Shown here: positions 49,001 through 61,387 of the stretch, piece after piece
Position numbering within the stretch: position 1 is the stretch's first letter
Layout: the number at the start of each line of letters is the position of its first letter
Translations under genes and position numbers: made by a program
DNA from: Hyphochytrium catenoides
Taxonomy: Eukaryota; Protista; Hyphochytriomycota
NCBI GenBank assembly: GCA_900088475.1
Contig: FLMG01004035.1
Location: forward strand, 11,660-75,659
Length of the DNA: 64,000 bases
Direction of reading: 5' to 3'
Notes under the pieces: generated by a model
The model's database searches: none
The model's input: only the letters and a program-made list of their open reading frames with translations
What the model was told of the DNA's origin: nothing

Positions 49001-52000
49001 CGGTGATTGGAGCCTTGAGGTTAGACTCATATCTTTACCTGGGAGAACATCTTCAAGCAATGGGAGAAGCTCCCTGGCACCCTGATGTTCCGTCACAAGA
49101 CACGTTGGGGGTAGCGAGGCAACCGTAGCCCTCCAACCGTCGGAGTTCCGCCTACCCAACTCCGGGCTATTGGCCCGGCTGACACCAATATCTTCTCCTT
49201 TCCAGTGTACTACGAGGTAATGGCAGAGCAGGCTTCAGAACGTTGCTAGAGGGTTATGAGCAGCCGCAATCAGTGAAGGCCAGAAGGAATTACCTGGGTA
49301 GGATACAATCCGCCTGTGGGATGGCGCCGACTTTCTAAATGGCGAAAGGAAATATCAGGGGCTTGATACAGAGCGATGGGAAACGAATAAAGTGGTCGAG
49401 TTTGTTTTTAGTAAAAAGGTAGCTGGACGGAATTGCAGCACGACGACTTAGAGTCATAGCACTGACTCAGGAAAGTCACTAAGAAAGAGCTCCGTACAGC
49501 ATAAAGATGGCGGAGATCGAGAAGACCAGGATACCCATTCCAGACGGCAGTTAGCCTTGCTTCTGTTGAGGTCCTCCACCTCGAAGACACCCTCGCGTCC
49601 AAGCAAGTCAAGTAGGAGCTCCGGGCTAGTCGCCCTTATTAGCAGTGGGAGCAGAGCACGATATGGAGAGAACCGTATCGTGTATTCTGCTGCACAGACA
49701 CAGGGAGTTATTGTGCCAGGATATCTTTGAAGAGAGAGGGCATCAATTAGGTTGACAGTACGAGTGCATCTCAAACTCTCATTGAGCTTCTTCTATTGGA
49801 TGTTTGAAAGGCAAGATCTAAGAAGCAAAAACGAGACAACTCTCCGCTGCCATCTGAGAGATCAATAGCGGTCTAGGCACATTGATGACGGACCCTTGAA
49901 GTAGAAGAGATACTTCATACCTTTCCCCAGCAATTTTGACGACCTCTTGGAGGCATCTGCTCTTTCCCATCCCAAGAGATCCCGATAGCAAAACAACATT
50001 TCCTCTGTTCGCCTGGGACAGAGACTCTAGGCGGGTTTCGAGAGCTATGAGCACCTTTTGATGGCCAACCATATGGACTCCCCTTTTGAGAGGCGACGTC
50101 AGGATTGAGCTCCTCTTGCCCAAATGACCCTGAAACCAGACAGAAGTCAGATTACAGGTAGGAGTCTATTGCTGAGACTGGATAACAACCAGAGATGTGA
50201 AGATAAAAGGTGGACCACAAAGGGATTCTTGAGCTGCAAGGGCCATATAGAGCTTGATAAAATGATAAACCAAAAGGTATAAGAAATGAAGAAAGAAAAA
50301 CCAACGCAGATGAAGAGGGGAATGAGTCATCAAGGCGGTACTATGTGGCTGTTCGACATCTGACCGTCTTTCTCTCTTCTATAGGGGCAAAGACAAAGAC
50401 CTCTTCTGCCTTCCCTTTCAACCTATGTGATAGTATGAAAAGCAGAGTGTCGGTAGAGCAAGTGTAAATGAGACACTATAGAAGATGGATGCTCCTTATG
50501 TGAGTGCAGTATTCAACCCGACGTAGAAGATAAGGGGAGATAGGTCGGCGCGTCAAGAAGGCTAAGTGATACTGCCGGCAATTGGTAAAGAGGGACGAGT
50601 GGACTAACAAAAACGAAGGCAGGAGCTGCTAACTGGTTGAGGTCTTGGTCCTGCATAGACTTAACTGACGAATTCAAAACTGCAGTGGGGAAAATAGCTC
50701 CTTAGAGTCAACTGCTCTGGAGCACGCGAGACATAGTGACGAGTAGGACCGTACCTTGCCGCAGGCATACTTTAAACTTAATTTTGGCATGCGATTCTCT
50801 GTAGGTCTCTTTGTCCACGAGAATATGTATTCTCTGGGAACTAGCCACGTTCTGGTCGTTTTCAGCCAGGCTACGGTTGTTCTGTAATCTTCCCAGCTTA
50901 CATGCCTCTCCCATGAGTCTTGCCGCCAGGTTAACGCTATCTCCAATCACTGCGTACTCGCACCTCCGTCTGCTTCCTACTACTCCAGCGTACACTCTCC
51001 CGGTGGCAATTCCTACCTTGCAAGGGACTGAACGCAAGGATAGTTCGTGTACCAAGCGCATTGCACACCTGGGGATTGTGGGTGAGTGAGAAAAGATAGG
51101 CTGCAGGGAATAGCCGAAGCCATGGTCAAGCCTTGGAGGGAACCAGTAAGGCAGTCGATCAAAGAAAGAGCACATGCCAATGTAAGGTCCAAAGTACCCA
51201 TAGATGGAGGGGTCTGCCTTAAGTGACCGGGAATTGGCATAAATAGGCGCGAAAGGACCTTGTAGCCAGGACGGCATCGTTTTCGTGGGCCAATGGGTAA
51301 AGTCCAAACACTGCAATCATTACTGTTCCTTTATCATCCATAAGGAACTGACGCATAGAACCTTCATATAGGTAGAGGACTTCCTGCATGATCTGTAACG
51401 ATGTCTGCACCAGTTGGAGATCAAAGCATGGGAGCAAGAGGACAGGCCGTTAACAGGGAGATAAAGAGATCAGAGGAGCCTATGCTGTGTTGAAAATCGA
51501 GTACTAGCACCGCCGTGACAGAAGCAAGACAAGACTGCCTTTGACTAGTAATACCTGCAAAGTATGGAGTATCTCGTCATCTTTTCTTGAGTAGTCGACA
51601 TCTGAGAGGTTGATAAAGAGAATTGTGGTCCGTCGAAGCTCCCCCACGGTCCTTCTTTCCCACTCCTCTTCTCTAACCCCTTCACGTACCGAGCCAGGAA
51701 GATATCTGGGTACCCAGATAGAGTTGAAGTGGAAACACATTTGCAGTGAACAGAGTAGGGAGCCAAGGTATGGGGAACGGCGTTAAGGTGGAGTCGGGAA
51801 GCAAGGAATGAGAGATGGCCTTTTACCTGAGAAGCACTTGACAGACATCCATGCTGAAGAGACTTGTGCTGTTTCACAAACGAATCCGAATGCAGCAGAT
51901 TAGACGGCAGAGCTGCTCCAGAATATGAAAATCAAGGTCTAGGGGAGTGGCGTAGAACAAGTCGCGGGACCCGAGTTTAAATCGGGAAGGTCGCAAGGCT

Positions 52001-55000
52001 TAATGTTCTCACGGGCACTTGAGGATAACATGAACCGAATCGATGCTTTTTGAAATCATATTGATCGGAAGACATACCTAGTCTGCCTTTGGCTCTCTGC
52101 CCACCTGGCCCATCTCCATTGCGAAGGCAACAGCTGAAGCCGCTCTTTGAGCCCACATACTCGAACCACACCTCCGTATCGTCTAGGCATCTCGGCATGG
52201 CAGCGTGAGGAGATTAGAGCCCAGGTCTACATTCCATAAACAAGAGTCAAAATAACTGACAGTCAAAGCAGCCTTGTCGGTCAGAGTGAAGAGCGTGATC
52301 TGCATGCTCATAGGCCAATGTATATACGCTCCAGATAAGGCAGGTCTAAGTCTAGCTCAAAATTATATGGGCTTTGGGTTAAACAGATCCAAACAAGGAA
52401 ACCAGACCCGAAGCTGGCATGTAATGACCCTCCCAGAGATTGATGGTGGTTACGAGCCATTCGAAGGGTAGAAAGAACCCGAGTCCTCCGACAGGACGGG
52501 AACGTGTCAGGAGAACATTGTATTACCTCTGGACTGACGCAGATCTCTCCCTTTTGTGCTTGAACCTCAGCTTCACCCATCTGCACCAGGGCTCCTCCTG
52601 CCAGCAGGAACTCCCAGCGTGACATCACACCGCCTACGTTCAGGAATAAAACGTCCCCACTTCCTAGCCTGGAATGGAAGAATATACAAGATAGAGAACA
52701 GACTGACGTTGGCACGACATGGTGAGCAGCTCTAAGAAGAAGGCTCAAGCCTTGAGGGGCCCCAGGAAGGGGATACCCCCGCGCGGATCACCGCATTTCG
52801 AAGGATAAACAACGGAAGAGCAGCAAATGTGCGTGTGACGTTACCCGATATGAAGCCTTAGACCCTCCTGATGGTCCAACTCTTTAATGAGGTGTAGAGC
52901 ACAGTCGACAGCCCTTAGTGCGGACGATCGCAGCCCTGTTAGGGGCCAAAGCAAGCCTGTTTTCGAGCTCCCTTCATCGTAATCCTCTTCCATATCAAAA
53001 TAGGTACAAAAGCAGGTAGAACAGCACCAACACGGCTGCTGCTTGGACAAGTTGCAGGTGAGATACTTTAAAGGAAAATGTGGGCGATAGGAACATGTTT
53101 CTCAACGCTCTAATTGAAGAGATGGAAAGTGAGAAATGAACGTAGAGCCCGGGAGCAAGTAAGTACACCTCTTACTTTGGAGCCTTCCAATAAAACTTGT
53201 TGAAAGCAGCAAGATCGGCAGGAGAACTCCTCACAGCGGAAGCATCGTCGAAGGATTTTTGTGCCGGAGCTTCCAAACGTCCCTGCTTGGCATGCGAAAA
53301 GTATTGTTAAGGGAACAATGTACAGACACTTGAGCGCATGAAGTCCGACTTCACATGAGCTGGTATCAAGAACGGTGGAGCGGACGCGAAGTCAGCTGCA
53401 CTATGTTACCTTCCTGAGCGTTTTCTCTGCTACTTCTACTTGAGAAGGACGCGGTGGGCGACTGACCCATGGAAGCGCACCTGCTCAGGTAATCGGAGTG
53501 AACTTAGGTGCACTATGGATGGCGGTGTCGGCATTAGAGATTCTTAGTAGGCTAAGATACCCATGTCAAGTCATACCTAAAGCAAGGGACACCCGTCAGC
53601 GGGGGTGAAGGTGAGGAAAGACCAGAGTCCAGCGGTAATCGTTCCTTGTCTCTGCATACTGGTATCAGAACCTTTCCCGTCGTTCCTTCGTGGTGTACAG
53701 CGGTTGCAATAAAGGTCTCTCCTTCTTCCTTTCTGCGATGGTGATGAGGAAGGAGGCGGCAGCAGAGAGAGAGGAAGGGAGCTTTTCGCTATTCCCAAAG
53801 CGTTCGATATCCTCCTCCGTCAGTACCCTAGGGCTCCCGCTATAACAATCATCGCAGACCTGGTGGAACGATTAGAGCTGTAGAAGCAAGCCTAACATCC
53901 TGGTTCTCAACTGCACCTTCTCGTATCCATAATTATCTCCTATGACGCGTTCCCTTTCCCCCTAATAGCCAGCCTTCTTGAAAGGCCTGCTCCTCCGATG
54001 TTCTCTCTCTGTTGAAGTCTTCTTTGGTTCTCTCCTTCTCACCCGCATACATACACGTGTTCGTTGCACTCTATCTGCCATTCGTCGTGTGCACTTTGCC
54101 TCTAACCTGCACGATAATTCCTAGGTCAGCACTGATCACCCGGTTTTGAGTGCACTGCTTGCATGCGCTGGGTCCACAGACAGCGCAGCCGGAGGAAGAG
54201 TTTTCTACTAGCTCCCTTGACTCGGCTCCGCACAGGCGGCAAATAGTAGAAGGGGAAGTCGGGAGGGCATTGGGTTCCCCATCCGCCACCACAGGGAGCT
54301 TTTCTCTTTTCATAAGAGAGAGCCATGGTATCCTGCGGTTTTCCTCGTCCTTCATATCCTTCTTTTCCGCCGAGCTCTTGACGTTAGACGTAGGAGAGTG
54401 TGGACGATGCTCACTTTTATGACCTACGTAGCCTGATCCGGCTGCACGCCGGCGCTCGTTCTCTGATATATTTGCCGGCCCTTGAAGAAGTTACGGAGAG
54501 CGATAGTTGAGATATCAATACCCAAACTGGTAGCACTTTCTCCTACTTCTCGCCTACCGGAGCGCGCCTCCTCGTCCTCCTCCTCGGTACTATCACTAAG
54601 GAAGCCACGCGGAGAAGTGGGTTCTGCGATTTCCTCTTTCTGAGCTTGTGCCTGTGCTAATGATTCCTTGTTCTTGAACAACACGATGAGTGCATCACCG
54701 GCGAACTTTATCACGTCTCCACCATGCATATAGATGAGATCAATCATTTTCTCGAAGTAACGGTTTAGGATCTGGTAGTGCAAGAGGCTTTAGAGTTCAA
54801 GTTGGAGCAGAGCTGCTTAGGCAAGACGATAGGAACGCAGACTGACTAATGGCGTCTGGGGCATAGTCATTTGGCAAGAAGAGAACGTTGGATATTCAGC
54901 AGGGGTTTTAAATGCTAGGGTCGGAGTAATGAATCAAGCAAAGGAGTACGAGTAAAGCACCTGACGGACTAGTGAGAGACTTCTGAGTCATATAACAGAG

Positions 55001-55312
55001 AGCAACTCAAAAGAGGCAAGGTGAGAGAAGAAAGAGGTTCAGGCTCATCCACTGTTGAACAGTCTCGGCTGTAATTTTCTGCGTGTTTCTAACCGTCGAT
55101 AACTCTTCAACTCCTGCCCCACCAGGCTTCTCCAATGCCAGCCTTTCCGCCAGAGCAGTAAAGCCTGAGATATCCGCCAGCATCACGACGCACTCATAGG
55201 AATCCGCATAGGGTTCCGCCTCGGTCCTCCCAGATGCAATTCTCTCCATCAAGAGCTCCGGCACGAAGGACTCAAGAATCCGCACGTTGGACGATTCCCG
55301 AATGGCCACCAT
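43028..55312 (-). CDS. Soluble-type (ADCY10/sAC/sGC-like) class III nucleotide cyclase: C1+C2 catalytic domains, STAND P-loop NTPase, TPR-like C-terminus; may extend 5' to an ATG at 55722
   Basis: C1: MLADISGFTALAE, GGDVIKFAGDAL, LRLHIG, RWEFLLAG. C2: ELRRTTILFINL, YEGSMRQFLMDDKG..AVFGL, GIATGRVYAGVVGS..RCEYAVIGDSVNLAARLM. Walker A GSLGMGKS, Walker B LLVIEDLQWMD, TEGNPQY, LPDSIQGILASRIDRL, FSFRNQLVREAAY. Confidence 0.93.
53006..54241 (-). other. Two tandem FYVE-type Cys8 zinc fingers encoded inside cyclase domain C1
   Basis: Finger 1: CRLC..CAVCGPSACKQC..IVQ|VCDDCY. Finger 2: PCFR|C..RRCFRCEEFSCRSC..SK|QPCWCCSTCF. The intron phases splitting the fingers are mutually consistent. Confidence 0.8.
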
Positions 55313-56037
55313 GTTTTCTAACGTGCCGGGCTGGCTAACTCACCTCATTCAGCTCCTTACAGGTCTCCTAGCTTGGCAAACATGGTCAATGTCGCTATAG
55401 GCAGCACAGCAGCTCCTATCTGATTCTTCCATAGCTTCCCTTCGCCTGGCATACAACCAGTGAGATGTCCTAGGGAGTTGACTAGCTGACCCGCCTCAGC
55501 TCCTTTCCGCTTCCTAGTTACTCTTCCTCTCCCGGGGACAAGGACTGCATGAGTGACCAAGCCTAGAGAACCTATTACTGCTGCTGCCAGGCGTGCTGGC
55601 CCCGGGCTTGGGCTGGATGACGAGCTTGAACGGCGGCAACTCTAAAGTGAGGAACAGAAAGAGAAACCTTTCCTTACGCCGATTCGTAAGCCGCACGATA
55701 CGTACGGAATCAGTCGAGCCATGGCGGCTCGCATTTTTGGAGGTGTTGAAACAAAACAGAATTTGTATCTACCTTATTCAGTTTTAAAAATGTCTATTTA
55801 CTTCAACACGTCCTGATTCATGATCGAAGGGGCCAGAAGTGTGAATCAGCAGGATGGACACAACTTCACATCTTCATCTGGCCGCTGATTCGATCGGTCC
55901 CTCGATCACCCGCCAAAAGCACTTTGCCATCGGCTCCCACACAGCCAGGATAGGTGCCTCCTCGTTCATAGGCTGTCCCCGGCGCCAACGTTGGACGCGG
56001 AAATAGGACCATCTCTAGCTCACATCCGGATTGGACG

Positions 56038-57785
56038 ATGGACTGGGATGGATCTGAAGGAAGCCCAATGGCAGACGATGAGGCTGCTGCTGAAGTTGGA
56101 GACACCTTTGAAGATTTTGAGAGAAAGGTCATCAGTTGTCAAGTTCTCATCATTGATTCGTGGCAGTCCCCGTCCCCGCTCACAGAGCACTTGTTGTCCT
56201 GAACACTCACAGAGCGCTATCCGAGTGGCGAGGCTAGTAATAGAGGCAGAAGAAAAGGTAATTCCAATCGATGAAGTGGCTGGACTCCCCTATTCTGAGG
56301 CTAGTCCCATGTATCCTTAACAAAAGCTGTATGGGGATGGACCTAAAGAAGTAGCTGAAACATCAGCTCATAGGGCTGTTAGGTGAGCCTATAGTGATGT
56401 AGCTTCTTTCTAGGTCAAACTAACCGACAGGGTGAACAGAGGTCCGAAGCGTGATCGCTACAATGATTTCTACCTTCGCAGAGATGGAGTTGGCCTGCAG
56501 TCATCTCAGGAGGAAGTCTATGAGGAGTGGATGTCCAATTTCCCTTACATAAGGTTGTCACTTTCCTTCAGTGTCTTCTGGCTCTCTGTGCCTTTGTCAT
56601 ATGCTCTCTGACTCTTGGTGCTCTGTCATAGCTCTTACCCAGCTGTGCCCCTATGGCTCTTATGGGTTACGTCACAGGGTTCGCTTTCGCTGTCAGCTAA
56701 GCTTCTCTATCTCACTCATGATACTGCGCGACGCTACATCCTTCTTTCCCTTCACCTAGCCCTCCTTACACTCATCTAGGAATTAATCCTCTGGTCCTTC
56801 TTGGCTGAATGCTGACAAGCAGGGTGAAAGGTGAGGGCCTGTTAGTGCCAGCCGTCGCCAGACTTAGTAAAGAGCCACGGCCTCCCTCATGGCTCCCAGC
56901 TGCACGGGAGAACCTACAGAAACCGAGTAGACTGAAGGAGGATCCCACAGAGGATAAGAGAGACGACACGCTCCAAGTGCGAGGTAGGGCTGCTGCCTTA
57001 CATGTCTCGGAGGAGGGTGCAGGAGAGCTGTTGGCAGCGGATGGGGAGTATAGCGAATACTTATTGAAGAGCTTTGACGGCGATAAGCTGGAGGTAACTC
57101 AGTTCTGTTAAGCGCAGTATATTCTGTCAATCCGGTCTTACCTCAAGATGCGACGCCGTCAGCCCGCAACAGATGACCCAGAAGTCATAGATGAGGTCTA
57201 TGCCCAAGTGGAGGATCATCTGTTTTCGATTCTATGGCGTGAAGACGTTCTTCCTCAGGTTAGCTCCAAAAGCATGCCCTATGTGCCTCCTGAGCCATGC
57301 TCACCTCCAGGCTCTATCGTGCTAGCTTCAAACTTTAGCTGCCCAGATGATGAGCCTAGATAACAAAGACTCCAGCCGCCCTTCAGAGCAATCTCATCGA
57401 AGGGTGGTCACTAACGACACTCCGGCTAATCGCCATCGAGATGCAGAGTACTCGAGAAGAGACAATCTCAGGAGAAGTGGTACCCTTCTTCGAGCTGGCT
57501 CCGAGTTGTTGCACAGTCGTAGAGTCACTAAGCGCCACCACGCTTAAGCAAGGAAGCACAGATAGGACTTTGACGCGGCTTTTGCCGCTCAGAGCTTCAC
57601 TTGAAGTCGACCAGGGCCTACGATGGGGAGAAGGCCGCCAAGACGTCTATACTGTATCAAGCCGTTATAACCCCACTGGCGTCCTAGTGGCTGGCCGTGA
57701 GGTCTCTCCGGCCCCAAATGTGGAAGATTGGATGGCGCTGTTGCGCCAGCTCGCTTCTTCTGCGTATAGGAGCATACCTCAGTGA
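56038..57785 (+). CDS. FAM149: FAM149-family (DUF3719) protein, cilium-associated in animals
   Basis: Spliced EEVYEEWMSNFPYIR|VKG matches the DUF3719 motif EW...FPHLRxxG. Also GELLAADGEYSEYL (cf. EE.I..DG..EEY.A.D) and EVYAQVEDHLFSILWREDV (cf. V...VFD.VW..VV). Confidence 0.7.
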
Positions 57786-58056
57786 CCAGGACAGTTGTCC
57801 ACGACTTTACAATTGTGGGCTGGTCGTAACGAGTTTGGCTCTGGTCAGGGAGCCCTGTCAAGCTCAAGATCATGTACGGGTGCACTTAAATTGAAGGTAC
57901 GGCAGCCGAAGGTGCTGGAGGCCTTATCAAGAGTCAAATCCGAAGGAGGAAGAGATGCGGGTGAAGGGCGCGGCGCTTTGGGGGAACAATTAGCCAAAGG
58001 CGGTGAATGGCTCGAATCGAGGGTTTTCGATACTTTCCGAAGAAGCAATCCACGAC

Positions 58057-59384
58057 ATGATGGCGGATACCAAAGTGACTCGGCATCCAACTTCAGACGG
58101 CTTGTTATCCTTTTGATTAGGTGTCTCTCAGCTTGGGCCTGGAGACCGGACTTTACGGTTTGGCCTATCTTTCCCTTCGATCGTATTGGCAATACATTGA
58201 TCTTGCCCAGGATCAGTACTCAACTGTTGCTCACTCGTCCATTCATGAGCTTGGCTTTCGGTCATTCGAGGGTCTAGACATTCTCATTTCCGTGGGGTAC
58301 GGTCTCGAAGCTCTAAACGTACTTGATTCAGACTGGTGGAAGCTCCGCAACGCCTCCACATCTAGCAAGACAGGGGACTTTCATAGCGCATCTCGGTTTG
58401 AGACTTCCTGGCTCTTTGAGTGTTATTGTACTGCCTATGCCCTTAGGGAGCCGCTACTCATGGCGGAGGTGGATGACAGAAAGGCGGAGATAGCACTCGA
58501 ACTTGATACTAGCCTATCAATTAGTGCATGTAAGACATCCAATACAGCGAATGGTGCCGCTGCCTTTCGCTTGTCCTAACCTTAGAGCTAAGAAGCACCT
58601 GGGCATTAGTCGTAAACCTGCGATGAAGTCATCTTCGTCACTCGGGTGGTCAACTCTCACCAGCTCTTCGAGTCGGTACTACTTGAAGCCTATTTGTAGG
58701 ATTGGGCGACCTTCTTTGCCCGTTCCCCTCCCTATCTCTATGATCATGTTGAGATGCCTCTCATTCTAACCTTCTCTTTATCGGGCTCGCCCATTCCTAC
58801 CCGAGAGAGCAGAGCTTCAGTCAGCGGTCTCGCATCTCACGAACTGCGTGATCTAGATCGTACAAGGCTTTGAGACTCTTCACATCAGGCCGATGACCTG
58901 CGTGTGAGCCTTCTTAGACCCTGTGTCAACAAGAAAAAATGGGCCAGATTGTCCAGCCAGCCGATAATATTCTCTTTTACCATCGACTCTATGATGTATT
59001 TCTTACCCGAAAGCCATTACGTATATGCAAAGCTCTTAAAACCCTACCAAGCTCACTTCAAGGATCAGACAGTGTCCCTAGGATTGTCGCCATAGAAGCA
59101 TCTTCTCATCTTCTCTTCTTTGTAAAAGATCATAGTGACCTGTTCGCCATTCCTTTCCTTCGTCGTGTCCGTTGCGCTCTCCAAGCTTGGATTTCCCTTC
59201 TTGCGTCCTCGCTTTGTCTGGTCTCAGAGACTGCGCCGTCATAGGCTCAGGTGCACTTGCTACTGAGACTCTTTGCATTCTGCTCTGTCAGGTGCACTTG
59301 TGACTGATAACAGGTAGAATGGAGTCTTTGCAGAGGCTTATTGTAGAAGGGATAGCTGTTATAGCCAAGAAGCTCATGGGATAG
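58057..59384 (+). CDS. Hypothetical multi-exon protein
   Basis: ORF 58121..58579 follows a TAG acceptor. Further exon-like frames DSMMYFLPESHYVYAKLLKPYQAHFKDQT and MESLQRLIVEGIAVIAKKLMG*. No domain recognised. Confidence 0.4.
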
Positions 59385-59503
59385 CGAGGACAGACAGTTA
59401 AAATGCTTAGCACCAGACAAAGCCAAGAGAAGCAGTGGTGTTTCCCAGCTGCGAGAGCGGCAGCTATGCCGTGAGGGCAGTAAGCTTACCAGAAGTTACG
59501 AAC

Positions 59504-61387
59504 ATGGAATTCCCGAACGATTTGCTGGAGCGATTAGACCGTAGAAGAAGCTTCGGCAGCAGGCACTCTCCCACGGAGGCCAGTCCTCTGATAGCCTACA
59601 CCCCACCGCTTACCCCCGTGCAGCTTAGGTTGTGCCGTTTGGAGTCAGCAGGGGTGCCATCTCTAGTAGATGGCTTTGGGAGTGATGATGAGCAGCGACC
59701 ACGATTGTCTGTCGGTGCTTCAGCGGCGAATGACCAGCAAGGGACGTCCAGCTCTATTGCCGTCTTCATTGCACTACTAATGACGGTCATAGGCGCGGGA
59801 ATTTTAAGGTCTGCTTCGACCTGTGCTCCATACACTGTAGCCGACGTAGTAGCCTTGTTCTCTCCTTGCCATTGTTCTCTCAAACCCTACCGTTTGGCCC
59901 GTGATAGACTAATTTTTATATCTCTACCGTCATTTGTTTGGTGTCCCTTGTTCGCGTCGCTTATCAATTTGAGTCTCTACTCTCACTTCGTCCCCGTCTT
60001 CCCATTGCTCAGTCATGGATCCGCACCATTGTTTCTTTCACTGATATCTCTATTCTTTGTGATAGCATCCCGTACACTTTCGTGTTGGTCGGGCCCGACA
60101 ACGCACTAGTTGGGCTCGTCATCGTAGCTCTGGCCATGTGCTACACAGGAGAGCTACTCTTGGACGTTCATATTACGACCGGCATTAGCAGTTTGGAGGA
60201 GTGTGCGGTCAGCATCCTGGGTGGGAACTGGTCGTTGGTGGTGCCGGCAGTCACGTGTGTGGGTATTTTTGGAGCCTGTGTCTCATATGTCGCGATAGTG
60301 CGAGACCTTATCCCCAATCTTGAGGAGAAGCTTGGCTTCTGTAGGACTGTGGCCTCTGCTTCATCTGCGTGGTGTGCTCCATCTCTGTGGACCATGGCGA
60401 TCTTCGGAATCATTGTCTTTCCCTTTTGTGTGGTGCGTTCAATCGGGTCGTTGAGGTTCAGCAGCTTCGTGGGGCTCTTCTTCTCTCTATATGTAGTCTT
60501 GCAGATGATTATCGAGGGCTTGATAGCCTGGCGAGAAGGTAGATCAGCGTGGATCTCAAACACCAACCTACCCTCTGTGGAAGGAATGACGTCAATGATG
60601 AAGGCGATCTCCATCTTCAACTTTGCTTTCGTCTTTCACATCAACGTTATCCCCCTATATCGTACCCTGAACGCTAGGAGTCCCCATAAGATGAAGTGGA
60701 TCATTCGAGGGGCGGTCAGTCTCAGTACGGTTATCTACGCAATATTCGGCTACATGGGGAGCCATGTCTATGGCCTCCACACGCACTCTAATGTGCTGAT
60801 CAACTTCAACGGCAACCCTAGGATGCAGTTTGCTAAGGTTGCGGCTGTCTTTGTGATGATGTTTGCCTTTCCTCTCGCCTTCTTTCCCCTAAGGAACATC
60901 CTCCACACAGTGATTTTCACAAGTACGCCGTCTCGCTCTATGGTCGGCAGCGTACTCGAGGCGGCTTCCCTGCTTGGACTCATCATTTTCTGTGGACTCG
61001 TCGTCCCAGGTAAGCCAGCTACCATTGACTGCCCCCAGCACTGCCTCGGATGTAAATATCTTTCTTTTGTTCCTCTCGCTTCTTCGTTGTAATCTCTGGC
61101 TGTCTGTCATTGACATCGATTCTGTATCGCTTACTCAGTGAAGACGACATTGACTCTTTCTGCGCCCCTTGTACTGTCAACTAGGCATCAGCGTCGTTTT
61201 TGCGATCACAGGGGGCACCTCTGTGCTTGGCATCTGTTATTTATTCCCTGCGATGTTTCACATTCGGCTGGCAAATCGCACTCTTGTCAGGTTCCTGTTT
61301 ACCTGTGCCATCGTCTCCCTCGCTACTATCGCAGGGTCCTGGGCCACAATTGGCACTGTGGGTCATATAATCCTAGGCGAGTACTGA
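59504..61387 (+). CDS. Amino acid transporter, AAAP/Aa_trans (SLC38/AVT-like); exons 59504-59808, 60066-61009, 61185-61387
   Basis: LMTVIGAGILS|IPYTF, FGACVSYVAIVRD, IGSLRFSSFVG, IFNFAFVFHINV, YAIFGYMG, FPLAFFPLR, VPG|ISVVFAITG..YLFPAMF. About 11 TM helices. Confidence 0.93.

Noticed and set aside
53577-53798. ORF-track peptide RRRDLYCNRC as the last CxxC of a zinc finger
   Set aside because: Wrong frame. The phase-consistent exon gives VCDDCY for finger 1, and a different frame leads to PCFR|C.
37381-55312. K+ channel-cyclase fusion as in ciliates and apicomplexans
   Set aside because: The genes are on opposite strands, convergent, and each has its own stop codon.
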